Positions 41,177-50,760 of a DNA stretch of 64,000 nucleotides are shown one piece after another. Within the stretch, counting starts at the first letter, position 1; every line of letters starts with the position of its first letter. The position numbers were made by a program, and so were the translations under genes. The stretch covers positions 1-64,000 of the forward strand of contig JAAYAG010000060.1 of assembly GCA_012719495.1 (NCBI GenBank), in the 5' to 3' direction. The notes under the pieces are model-generated. The model saw nothing but the letters and a program-made list of their open reading frames with translations. It was not told where the DNA came from and made no database searches. Source of the DNA: Bacteroidales bacterium (lineage in GTDB: Bacteria > Bacteroidota > Bacteroidia > Bacteroidales > Prolixibacteraceae).

Positions 41177-41809
41177 TTAATAATCCTTGAGGTTAGTAAG
41201 TTGCTCTACGTCAACATCTTTAAATACGTCTCCAATTTTATTGAGAAAAATGCCCAGAATGAGTACACTGGCAAAAATATCGAGCATAATGCCCAGGTTC
41301 ACCAAGTGCGGCATTTCGTTCCCCACAGCCAGCGAAAGCACAAAAACCCCGTTTTCAATAATCATATAGCCCATAACATGGGTAATAATTTTCCTTCGGG
41401 AAGCAATTATATACAAACCCGAAAATATGGTCGAAAGGGCTACAACAAAGAACATCTTATCCAGATGAGTATCTTTTATGCTGTTCGAAAGCAATATGGT
41501 TGCAATCACTATGGCTGTTGTTATCAGCAACGAAACAAAGTTGGGAAGATAAGGCTCAGCCTCTCGGGTGATATTGTTCCGCCTTAGCAGATATGCTAAA
41601 AACATAGGTACAGCCACCGCCTTGAAAACAATGGTCTCGAGCATGATCAACACCAAGTTCAACGTGTTAATCTCATTCAACTGAAGAAACACGACAAAGA
41701 AAAGCAACACGCCCTGAACTGCCAGTACTTTAGTGTACGACAACAGTCGGTTGGCTATCGAAAGATAGAATAGCGTGATGATGAAAACTATCAGAAGTAC
41801 GTCTATCAT
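41177..41809 (-). CDS. HyfE-like small membrane subunit of hydrogenase-4-type complexes
   Basis: 210 aa, 6-7 TM. C-terminus VDVEQLTNLKDY resembles the E. coli HyfE C-terminus (…LDVNNLTALKG, recalled from memory). Confidence 0.5.
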   Translation of the reverse strand: MIDVLLIVFIITLFYLSIANRLLSYTKVLAVQGVLLFFVVFLQLNEINTLNLVLIMLETIVFKAVAVPMFLAYLLRRNNITREAEPYLPNFVSLLITTAIVIATILLSNSIKDTHLDKMFFVVALSTIFSGLYIIASRRKIITHVMGYMIIENGVFVLSLAVGNEMPHLVNLGIMLDIFASVLILGIFLNKIGDVFKDVDVEQLTNLKDY

Positions 41810-41828
41810 TGTTTTACATTTTTTATCG

Positions 41829-42734
41829 TTAATTGAACTTCCCTAAAATGAGTATGGCTCCGAAGAATATCAAGAGCGAAACCGATGTGAGCGCCACAAT
41901 AAACTGTGCGTTATGGTTCATTCTGAAACGGGCCATAAACGATTCAATCAGCCCCACGACAACAGCCATAAGGAACTGGATAATAAAGAACAAGGGTATC
42001 GCATACTGATAATCTACCATCCCCACAAAAAGGTTTACAATGAGCGCTCCGTAAATGGCAAATTTCAAGTATCCGGCACTTAGCAAAAGTCCCAGATCGA
42101 AGCCACTGTTATCGAGGATCATAACTTCGTGTATCATGGTGAGTTCAAGGTGCGTTTTAGGATCGTCGATAGGCATACGGCTATTTTCAATCATAGCAAT
42201 CATTACCAGAACAAAAGTTGCCAGTGTAGCCAAGGCATAACTCAGGTACGAGCCAATATGCAATGCCGCAAATATTTCCTGAAAAGACGTATACCCTGTA
42301 AGCAAGGCAAATGAGCCCATAAGGATGAATAAAGCCGGTTCGGCAAACATCGAATACAATGCTTCGCGGCTGGCACCCATTCCCTCAAAACTACTTCCGG
42401 TGTCGAGTGCCGATATAATGCTGAAAAACTTGCCTAACGCCAAAACATATGCAAAAAAGATAAAATCGCAATTGAAACTAATCAACCCTTTTGATTGACC
42501 GAAAGGAACAACAAGCATAGCCATCACTACCGATGAAAAGTAGATTGTTGGTGCAATTTGAAAGATGATACTGCTTGTTTTGCTGTATACAGCCCCTTTT
42601 TTGAAAAGACGTATAACATCTTTGATTGGCTGCATAATTCCTGGTCCTTTCCTTCCCGAAGCAAGGCTTTTGGTGCGCACCACAATGCCAGTGAAAAAGA
42701 AGGCAGCTATTACAATTAAAAATAGGCTCAACAT
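41829..42734 (-). CDS. NuoH-like (HyfC/HycD-like) membrane subunit
   Basis: 301 aa polytopic. Position in the cluster and size match HyfC/NuoH. Confidence 0.55.
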   Translation of the reverse strand: MLSLFLIVIAAFFFTGIVVRTKSLASGRKGPGIMQPIKDVIRLFKKGAVYSKTSSIIFQIAPTIYFSSVVMAMLVVPFGQSKGLISFNCDFIFFAYVLALGKFFSIISALDTGSSFEGMGASREALYSMFAEPALFILMGSFALLTGYTSFQEIFAALHIGSYLSYALATLATFVLVMIAMIENSRMPIDDPKTHLELTMIHEVMILDNSGFDLGLLLSAGYLKFAIYGALIVNLFVGMVDYQYAIPLFFIIQFLMAVVVGLIESFMARFRMNHNAQFIVALTSVSLLIFFGAILILGKFN

Positions 42735-42736
42735 AA

Positions 42737-44764
42737 TTATAGTTGTTTTATAAATTCAAAAAAATCCAGAATCAATCCATATACCAACGGGATCATTATC
42801 AGTGAAATGATAAATATTATCCCGTATAATATCGAGAATTGCAATTTCCCGTTATTAAGGAATACAAACTTTCCTAAAAAGCTCTTAATTCCTCTTATTG
42901 GCCTGTCTATCAAGCTCTTTTCCAAACGATCATAAGGATGCGTCTTAAGGGCTGCATGTTCGGGGAAGATTCCCGATACAGGCTTTTCTTTTTGGCCAAT
43001 TAACAGCAAATGACCAAATAGTTTACTATAACTCCTTACATACGATGATGCGGTGTATTGTAACTTTGGTGTGGGTGAAACATATCCGCACCCCCAGGTA
43101 ACCGAAGATGTGGTAACCCTGTTTTTTGTGACCAACTTCCGCAGAAGGAACATCAACACAATAAGCACGATAAAACCTGTTGAAGCAAGTCCGATGTATT
43201 GCAATGTATCAGCAATACTTCCCTGAATTGGAGCAAACTCCCCTACCCTGTTTCCTGTGAGCACAGAAGTTGCATGGCTGACTACTCCAAAAAATCCCTG
43301 AGGAAAAATCCCTATACCAACAATAAGAAGAGCAATAAAATATAAAGGAATACGCTGAATAGCCGGAGCTTCATGTATTCCGTGTACGAATTTTTTCCTT
43401 GGTTCCCCTAAGAAAATTGTCCCAAATGCTTTGGTAAAACAAAAAAGGGCCAACCCTCCAATGAGCACAAGTGCCAGGGTTGAAAAAATAATCACAATAA
43501 GCGGGACGAGCGTAGCATTTTGTACCCATTGATATAAGCTGCTGTAAATCAAAAACTCAGAAACAAAACCATTCAGTGGCGGAATACCGCAAATGGCAAC
43601 AGCTGCTATAAGAAATAATAGGGTTGTGTGGGGCATTTTCTTAATAAGCCCGCCTAGATGCTCAATATTTAACGTATGAGTCGCCTGATAAACAATGCCT
43701 ACAGTATAAAACAGCAAGGATTTAAACAGTGCATGGTTTAAAGTGTGCAACAATGCCCCCGAAAAACCTAACCAGGCAACCAATTGATTACCATTGCCAA
43801 GGCCAATACACCCAATGCCTATCCCCATACCAATAATACCAATATTCTCGATACTATGATAAGCAAGTAACTTTTTAACATTGTGCTGAATAATTGCCAG
43901 CATTACTCCATATAACCCCGAGATGGCCGAAATAATCAGAATGAAATAGCCTATACTGGTATAGTCAGTTTTTATTAATACCAACATCCGCATAATTCCA
44001 TAAATCCCAATCTTAATAAGCACTCCCGACATGATTCCCGAAATATGGGTAGGAGCCGCCGGATGAGCATGGGGCAACCAGGTATGAAACGGGATAAAGC
44101 CCGCTTTGAAAGCAAAACCTATAAAGAAGCAAATGAAAAGGAAAAGACCAACCGAAGTGGGGTTCGACTGTGAATATTCAGTAATAGATGCAAAATCAAA
44201 ACTACCGGTTTTCACAGCAACCCAGATAAAACCCAGCATCAGAAAAAGAATAGAAACATGGGACTGAATCAGGTAATTAATACCCGCTTTCAATGTCGAC
44301 ATCTTATCTCCTTCAAAAATTACTGCAATAAATGCCGAAAGAGCCATCAGTTCCCAAGTAATGAGAAACACAAGGCTGTTCTGTATAACGCAAAGACTTA
44401 CAAGAGACAGGTGAAGCACAATGAATGCAATGCAGTGCAATGAAATCTGCTTTTGTTGCTCCCGGTATGCTTTAAGGTAGAAAATTCCATAAAAGCCCCC
44501 TGTAATAAAAACAATATTGATAATAAGAATAAACCATGCCGAAAGAGCATCAATCTGGAGCCTGATTGGGCCAGTTACCGCACTCCCGCCAAAAACATAT
44601 TCTTCGGCTCCTCCGACAATTGCGCTAATAGCTATCGCAGACGATAACCCGGCAACCAGCAAGAGTTCTAAATATGTAACTATTGCTTTTGCTTTCTCCT
44701 TCATAAAGGGGATGGCAACAACAGCCAACAAAGGCATCAGCAGATAAGCAGATATGTTACTCAT
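42737..44764 (-). CDS. NuoL-like (HyfB / MrpA-like) antiporter subunit, copy 2
   Basis: 675 aa. Conserved …WLPHAHPAAPTHISGIMSG… and …GIIGMGIGIG… antiporter motifs. Confidence 0.75.
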   Translation of the reverse strand: MSNISAYLLMPLLAVVAIPFMKEKAKAIVTYLELLLVAGLSSAIAISAIVGGAEEYVFGGSAVTGPIRLQIDALSAWFILIINIVFITGGFYGIFYLKAYREQQKQISLHCIAFIVLHLSLVSLCVIQNSLVFLITWELMALSAFIAVIFEGDKMSTLKAGINYLIQSHVSILFLMLGFIWVAVKTGSFDFASITEYSQSNPTSVGLFLFICFFIGFAFKAGFIPFHTWLPHAHPAAPTHISGIMSGVLIKIGIYGIMRMLVLIKTDYTSIGYFILIISAISGLYGVMLAIIQHNVKKLLAYHSIENIGIIGMGIGIGCIGLGNGNQLVAWLGFSGALLHTLNHALFKSLLFYTVGIVYQATHTLNIEHLGGLIKKMPHTTLLFLIAAVAICGIPPLNGFVSEFLIYSSLYQWVQNATLVPLIVIIFSTLALVLIGGLALFCFTKAFGTIFLGEPRKKFVHGIHEAPAIQRIPLYFIALLIVGIGIFPQGFFGVVSHATSVLTGNRVGEFAPIQGSIADTLQYIGLASTGFIVLIVLMFLLRKLVTKNRVTTSSVTWGCGYVSPTPKLQYTASSYVRSYSKLFGHLLLIGQKEKPVSGIFPEHAALKTHPYDRLEKSLIDRPIRGIKSFLGKFVFLNNGKLQFSILYGIIFIISLIMIPLVYGLILDFFEFIKQL

Positions 44765-46767
44765 TTTAAAACATTTAATCCAGTGAGGACAACTATAAGT
44801 ACCACAAACAAAATTCCATATAATACATACGATTGCATACGGCCATTTTGTATAAACTTGAAATAATTGGCACTAAACACTATCCGTTGAGTAACAAAGT
44901 TAAAAATATAGTACTCAAAAAAGTCTTTATAGTGCGATACATATTTTCGCTTCTTTGGAAATATTTCACCATCAGAAAGTTCTGCATATTTCTTCTCCTC
45001 TATCAGTAAAAAACTGAATACCTTTCCCAACGGTTTCGAAAACGATTTCCCGGTATACTGCATTTTGCTATTGGGGGCAACATAGGAGCAGCCCCAGGTT
45101 CCTTCGGTTTGCTGTTCCCGGTTTTTCACCATTAGCGAACGAATTCCCCAAATTATTCCTACAACGACCAACAATAAAATAAAATAATAGTTAACAGCAA
45201 CAATATTGTCTGAATAACTGGCAACTGACGAAAAAATGGCAATATTCTTCAAGCCGTCTTGAAGTATACATTGAATACTATTCAGGAAAAAGCGCGGAAA
45301 GAAAGCAACAAGAAGCATTACTGCTACAATAATGTATTGCGGAAACAGCATAATTTTCGACACTTCTTGCGGAACTGTATGCAATTTTTTCCGTGGTGAG
45401 CCAAGAAAAACCACCCCAAATGTTTTCGAAAAGGTAAGGATAGAAAGCCCTCCAATGAGGCTAAGCCCTGCAAATGATAAAATTACAAGACTGGTTTGTG
45501 TAATATCACCCGTTTTCAACGCTTCAATCAGGCCGTTATATAAAATGAATTCCGACACAAATCCGTTGAAGGGTGGCATACCCCCAATGGCAATAGCGCC
45601 AATCAGGAACAATATTGCCGTTTTGGGCATTTGCTTTATCAACCCGCCCAATTTCTCCATATCGCGGGTGTGGGTTTGCTGATACACTGAACCGGCTGAG
45701 TAGAAAAGCAGCGATTTGAATAGCGAATGGTTCAGCACATGCAACAGGGCGCCCGAGAATCCTAAAAAGAACAGTAACGGGGAGTTGTTGCCGATGCCAA
45801 TCAAGCCTAGCCCAATCCCAATGCCAATGATGCCAATATTTTCGATGGTACAATAAGCCAACATCCGTTTAAAATCGCGGTGAACAGCTGCATTTAGTAT
45901 TCCGTATAACCCGGTGAGCACCGATACCGAAAGAATAATTTCGCCGAGCATCAAAAAATCGGATTCAAGAAAAGTAATGACCCTGAATATTCCGTAAATA
46001 CCCAGCTTTACAATTACACCCGACATTACACCCGACACGTGCGACGGAGCCGCCGGATGCGCATGGGGCAACCAGCTATGAACAGGAATAAAGCCGGCTT
46101 TTATTCCAAATCCTACGAAAAAGATCAGAAAAAGCCATATGTTGTTATTATTGGCAAAGAATGTTGAAAAAGCATCGAAACTAAATGAGCCAGTAGTGGC
46201 ATATACCCAGATAAACCCTATTGTGAGAAGAATAACACTGATATGCATCTGAACCAGGTAATTAAGCCCAGCTTTCAGGGTTTTTGGTTTGTGCCCGTCG
46301 AAAATTACAAGAAGCATCGACGACAGCGACATTATTTCCCAAGCTACCAGGAAAGCAAAACTATGCTGCAACATACAAACCCAAACCATTGATAGCTGAA
46401 AAACAACATACAACGACCAATGAAGGGAAAGTTTAGCAGAGTTGTTTTGATAACTTCGAAGATAGCCAATGCCATAAAATGCACCCGTAACTGATGTAAA
46501 GTTGATAATAAGTATGAACCAAGCTGAGAGGCCGTCGATTTTTATCGGGATACTTCCCAAAAAAGAACCGGCAAAAATTGATACAGAACTTGTTGCCCCG
46601 CCTAATGCCTGAAGTGCAGGAATACTTGTTGACAATGCAGTAATAACACTAGCCAGAGCGGCAATATATGCTTTGCTATTTGGTTTGACTAACACGATAA
46701 AAACTATCGCAATCAGAGCAGTTGCCCACGACAGGTTCAATAATAATTCAGTACTTATCATTATCAC
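44761..46767 (-). CDS. NuoL-like (HyfB / MrpA-like) antiporter subunit, copy 1
   Basis: 668 aa. WLPHAHPAAPSHVSGVMSG motif. 4-nt ATGA overlap with copy 2. Confidence 0.75.
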   Translation of the reverse strand: MIMISTELLLNLSWATALIAIVFIVLVKPNSKAYIAALASVITALSTSIPALQALGGATSSVSIFAGSFLGSIPIKIDGLSAWFILIINFTSVTGAFYGIGYLRSYQNNSAKLSLHWSLYVVFQLSMVWVCMLQHSFAFLVAWEIMSLSSMLLVIFDGHKPKTLKAGLNYLVQMHISVILLTIGFIWVYATTGSFSFDAFSTFFANNNNIWLFLIFFVGFGIKAGFIPVHSWLPHAHPAAPSHVSGVMSGVIVKLGIYGIFRVITFLESDFLMLGEIILSVSVLTGLYGILNAAVHRDFKRMLAYCTIENIGIIGIGIGLGLIGIGNNSPLLFFLGFSGALLHVLNHSLFKSLLFYSAGSVYQQTHTRDMEKLGGLIKQMPKTAILFLIGAIAIGGMPPFNGFVSEFILYNGLIEALKTGDITQTSLVILSFAGLSLIGGLSILTFSKTFGVVFLGSPRKKLHTVPQEVSKIMLFPQYIIVAVMLLVAFFPRFFLNSIQCILQDGLKNIAIFSSVASYSDNIVAVNYYFILLLVVVGIIWGIRSLMVKNREQQTEGTWGCSYVAPNSKMQYTGKSFSKPLGKVFSFLLIEEKKYAELSDGEIFPKKRKYVSHYKDFFEYYIFNFVTQRIVFSANYFKFIQNGRMQSYVLYGILFVVLIVVLTGLNVLK

Positions 46768-47025
46768 AGATCAGTAAAAATACTATTTCGGATGCAAGGT
46801 AAGGGATTATTCTGTACTCTCAGAAAGAAGAAAGCTATTTATAACCCCAATAAATTCTCATTTTGGATAAAACTAGAAAATGAGGGGGCGAATTTAGAAA
46901 ATTAAGGATATCGAGCATGCTAATTATGAGATGTTTTTTTTATATAATCTGTGGAGTTAATGTTTGATTAAGCTAAAAATAGGTTCAACCTAAAGAAATT
47001 AAGTTTTATATTTGCGCCTCAATTA

Positions 47026-47098
47026 GCCTTTTTAGCTCAGTTGGTAGAGCAGCTCATTCGTAATGAGCAGGTCGCGGGTTCGAGTCCCGTGAAAGGCT
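47026..47098 (+). tRNA. tRNA-Thr (anticodon CGT)
   Basis: Acceptor GCCTTTT/GAAAGGC, D-arm AGCTCAGTTGGTAGAGC, anticodon stem-loop GCTCA-TTCGTAA-TGAGC, T-loop TTCGAGT. A hairpin plus T-run follows at about 47127-47160. Confidence 0.85.
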
Positions 47099-47393
47099 CT
47101 GAGACAACCATCTAAATTTATTATAAAGCCTGAAATCAATGATTTTCGGGCTTTTTTATGTTTCATTGACAACAACTCAGTAATAGGAACTATTTATTGT
47201 TGTATGGATTGTTGAGTCAATGTGCTGCCATTCAGAACTTAATCCATAAGCTTTATTAATCGGTAAGTTATTCGCATTTTTAACAATTATCGTTAAATTC
47301 ACCTCTTCAAATTAACCAATATAAATCGAACCAATTGAAATTTGAAATACGTGAATTAATCTACTTTAGCTAAAGACTTAATAACTTATACTT

Positions 47394-48947
47394 ATGAGGG
47401 CGTTTTCAGTTTTATTTATCGTTTTAATCCTTTCAATGAATTTGAAAGCACAGCAAACGACCATTGATCAAAGTAAGTACCCACCGCTGGTTACTTTTAC
47501 TGCTGAGCAGGACCATGGCAATATGATGGGACAATTGGGTATAAAAGTGCTTCGACCCGGGCCAAGTGGAAATGAATCTGACCCCAACCATGCCAATTAC
47601 GATGAAGCGTTGGCAAATCCATGTCCCCAATTGCCTGATGTGCTTACAACCAGCAAGGGAAAAAAAGTAACTACACCCGATATGTGGTGGAACCAACGCC
47701 GACCCGAAATCGTTGAAGGTTTTGAGAAGGAAGTGTATGGACGTTTGCCCAAAAATATCCCGAATGTAAAATGGGAAGTTGAGATGACCGATTACGAACA
47801 AATTGGGTTTACACCAGTTGTAGCCAAAAAAATTGTTGGTCATGTCGATAACAGTGCTTACCCTTTAATTAGTGTGGATATCAATATGGTGTTGGTTGTG
47901 CCGTTGAATGTAAAAGGTCCTGTTCCCGTTTTAATGATGTTTGGTCGTCCTTCTTTACCAGCGCCGGCTGAACCTTCGGTCGATGACATGAAGCTTATCA
48001 ATAAAGCTTTTAAAGAAACGCTTATAAAAGATAATCCTGAATTGGAGGCGGTCTTTAAACGTTACCCGGCGTACGAACCCTTCAAACGCGAAGATCCTTT
48101 TGCTGGCATGATGCAGCGCCGTAACCAGGAACCTTCGTCAACTGAACGATTATTGGCTGCCGGTTGGGGATACGTTACCATTGACCCCAGCAGCATTCAG
48201 GCAGATAACGGTGCCGGGCTCACTCGGGGAATAATTGGGTTAGTGAATAAAGGACAGCCCCGTAAACCGGAAGACTGGGGTTCGCTCCGGGCATGGGCCT
48301 GGGGTGCTGCGCGTGCACTGGATTATCTTGAAACAGATTCTATTGTTGATGCAAAAAAGGTGGGGATTGAAGGCGTATCCCGTTATGGGAAAGCTGCTTT
48401 GGTTACCCTCGCTTTTGAACCACGCTTTGCAGTTGGCTTGATCGGATCATCCGGTAAGGGAGGTGCAGCCTTGCACAGGCGGGTTTTTGGCGAAGCAGTG
48501 GAAAGCCTTACCGGTGCTGGTGAATACCATTGGATGGCCGGGAATTATCTGAAATATGGCGCAGAGCAGGCCAGCTTTGGCAGGAAAACAGGTTGTGACC
48601 TTACCGTTGATTCTCATGAACTCATCGCATTATGTGCCCCGCGTCTGGCCTTTATTAGTTATGGAATTCCTGAGCAAGGCGATGCAAAATGGCTCGATCA
48701 GAAAGGCAGTTATATGGCTACCATTGCAGCCGGCGCTGTTTATAAATTGTTGGGTGCAAAAGATCTGGGTGTTTCCAATGATTATATGAAAGAGGAAATG
48801 CCTCCGGTACTGACCGGGTTACTGGACGGACAACTTGCATGGCGTCAACACGATGGCGGCCATACCGATGCTCCAAATTTTGAAACGTTTATTCCTTGGG
48901 CCAGTAAAATGCTTGGCTACGAAAAAGTTAGTTCAAGAAGACGTTAA
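47394..48947 (+). CDS. Carbohydrate esterase family 15-like (glucuronoyl esterase-like) secreted protein
   Basis: Signal peptide. GVSRYGK matches the CE15 G-C-S-R-x-G catalytic-serine motif with Cys replaced by Val. 517 aa. Confidence 0.5.
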   Translation: MRAFSVLFIVLILSMNLKAQQTTIDQSKYPPLVTFTAEQDHGNMMGQLGIKVLRPGPSGNESDPNHANYDEALANPCPQLPDVLTTSKGKKVTTPDMWWNQRRPEIVEGFEKEVYGRLPKNIPNVKWEVEMTDYEQIGFTPVVAKKIVGHVDNSAYPLISVDINMVLVVPLNVKGPVPVLMMFGRPSLPAPAEPSVDDMKLINKAFKETLIKDNPELEAVFKRYPAYEPFKREDPFAGMMQRRNQEPSSTERLLAAGWGYVTIDPSSIQADNGAGLTRGIIGLVNKGQPRKPEDWGSLRAWAWGAARALDYLETDSIVDAKKVGIEGVSRYGKAALVTLAFEPRFAVGLIGSSGKGGAALHRRVFGEAVESLTGAGEYHWMAGNYLKYGAEQASFGRKTGCDLTVDSHELIALCAPRLAFISYGIPEQGDAKWLDQKGSYMATIAAGAVYKLLGAKDLGVSNDYMKEEMPPVLTGLLDGQLAWRQHDGGHTDAPNFETFIPWASKMLGYEKVSSRRR

Positions 48948-49031
48948 AATAACGTGAGTTCGATATAGAAGTCGATTATATTTCTTATATGATCAGCTTT
49001 TAAAATTGAGATATTCAGCAAGAAAGCAATA

Positions 49032-49067
49032 GAATACGATCGAAAACAATTGTTTTCGATCGTATTC
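49032..49067. repeat. Perfect 36-bp palindrome GAATACGATCGAAAACAATTGTTTTCGATCGTATTC upstream of the MarR-like gene
   Basis: Read directly from the sequence. Followed by ATTTTAT. About 100 bp upstream of the regulator start. Confidence 0.6.
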
Positions 49068-49170
49068 ATTTTATGAGGTACTCCTCAAATAAATTTTTTT
49101 ATGTGAATTTTGTTGTTTCATAAACCAATTGTTGTATATTGCAACAGTTTTAATTTACAACATTGACGTA

Positions 49171-49638
49171 ATGAAAGAAACTGAAATTAATACGATAAAG
49201 AAATTCAGGGAAATACTCCGGAGTTTTGAACGCGAGATATTTGTGCAAACCAACGAGTGTTGTTGTGGTGGAGTTACACTAGCGCAATGTCATGCTCTTT
49301 TGGAAATCGAAAATAAGAAAACAGAATCGGTTACTGAGCTTGCCAAAACACTCGATCTCGATAAAAGCACTGTTAGCCGAACGGTTGATGGACTGGTAAA
49401 CATGGGGTACATTGACCGGACAATCCCGAACGAAAACCGGAGAACATCTGTCTTATCCCTTACCGAATCGGGGCAGAATGTATGCCTTTCGATCAATGCA
49501 AACAACGACAAGTTTATCGGCGATACGTTATCGATCTTAACCGATTCTGAAAAAGAGGAATTGATTGGGTTGTTTGAAAAAATTACAAACCAGATGATTT
49601 CTTTGCGAACAGCTTGTTGCAGTCCATACAAGCGTTAA
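49171..49638 (+). CDS. MarR-family winged-helix regulator with unusual Cys clusters (N-terminal ECCCGG…C-H, C-terminal CCSPY)
   Basis: Start at MKETEINT (ATG 49171). wHTH (…VTELAKTLDLDKSTVSRTVDGLVNMGYIDR…). Eight Cys in total. Confidence 0.65.
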   Translation: MKETEINTIKKFREILRSFEREIFVQTNECCCGGVTLAQCHALLEIENKKTESVTELAKTLDLDKSTVSRTVDGLVNMGYIDRTIPNENRRTSVLSLTESGQNVCLSINANNDKFIGDTLSILTDSEKEELIGLFEKITNQMISLRTACCSPYKR

Positions 49639-49677
49639 AATAAACTGCACACATCAATAGAACAATTAACAATAGCC

Positions 49678-50595
49678 ATGATTTTCGATAATATTTTACA
49701 AACCATTGGAAACACTCCTCTTGTGAGGATCAATCACCTGAACCCAAACCCAAACGTTACCATTGCTGCAAAAATCGAAGGGTTCAACCCATCGGGCAGC
49801 ATCAAAGACCGTATTGCACTGAAAATGATTGAACAGGCCGAAGCCGAAGGTATTTTGGCAAAAGGGAAGACCATTATTGAACCCACATCGGGCAATACCG
49901 GTATCGGGTTGGCCATGATCGGGAAGATTAAAGGGTACGAAGTTGAAATTGTTATCAGCAGGGCGGTTTCAGAAGAACGGATAAAAATGATCAAAGCCTT
50001 TGGGGCAAAGGTTACTTTTACCGATGAGAAGCTGGGAACCGACGGAGCAATTTTAAAAGCAAAAGAACTGGTTAAAGCCAATCCAAACAAATACTTCATG
50101 CCCGACCAGTTTTCTAACAACTACAACAAAATTGCCCACTACAAAACTACCGGCGAAGAGATATGGAAACAAACCAACGGGAAAATAACCCATCTGGTTT
50201 CGGCGCTTGGAACTTCGGGCACCATTATGGGCGTTGGAAAAGCGTTGAAAGAAAACAATCCCGCCATAAAAATTGTTTGTGCACATCCGGTCAAAGGTCA
50301 TTACATTCAGGGACTTAAAAGTATGGCCGAAGCGATTGTCCCGGCCATATACGATCCATCGAAAATTGATGAAACCATCATGATCGAAACCGAAAGTGCG
50401 TTTGAAATGGCTCGTCAGGTTGTGATGAAAGAGGGGATATTTGTTGGCATGAGCAGTGGCGCGGCCATGTATGCTGCCATCGAAACCGCTAAAAAGATCG
50501 ATTCGGGTACCATTGTCGTCATTTTTCCCGATAGTGGCGAGAAATACCTGAGCACCCAGCTTTTTTCAAAGTTGGAGAACAACGTTGAAAATTAA
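49678..50595 (+). CDS. cysK: Cysteine synthase (O-acetylserine sulfhydrylase)
   Basis: 305 aa. PLP-lysine motif NPSGSIKDR, glycine-rich loop TSGNTGIGLA. Confidence 0.9.
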   Translation: MIFDNILQTIGNTPLVRINHLNPNPNVTIAAKIEGFNPSGSIKDRIALKMIEQAEAEGILAKGKTIIEPTSGNTGIGLAMIGKIKGYEVEIVISRAVSEERIKMIKAFGAKVTFTDEKLGTDGAILKAKELVKANPNKYFMPDQFSNNYNKIAHYKTTGEEIWKQTNGKITHLVSALGTSGTIMGVGKALKENNPAIKIVCAHPVKGHYIQGLKSMAEAIVPAIYDPSKIDETIMIETESAFEMARQVVMKEGIFVGMSSGAAMYAAIETAKKIDSGTIVVIFPDSGEKYLSTQLFSKLENNVEN

Positions 50596-50760
50596 AATCA
50601 GAACGCCGTTCCGGAAAGCATATTTTCTTTATAATCATCTTATTAACACCTATAAACCCTGAATAAAACTATTGAGGCAGGTATTGTATTCTCCTGTAAG
50701 AACGTTTTCAAATAGCAGTTAATAATAGAATATGACATTCAGAATAAAAACATACATGCA

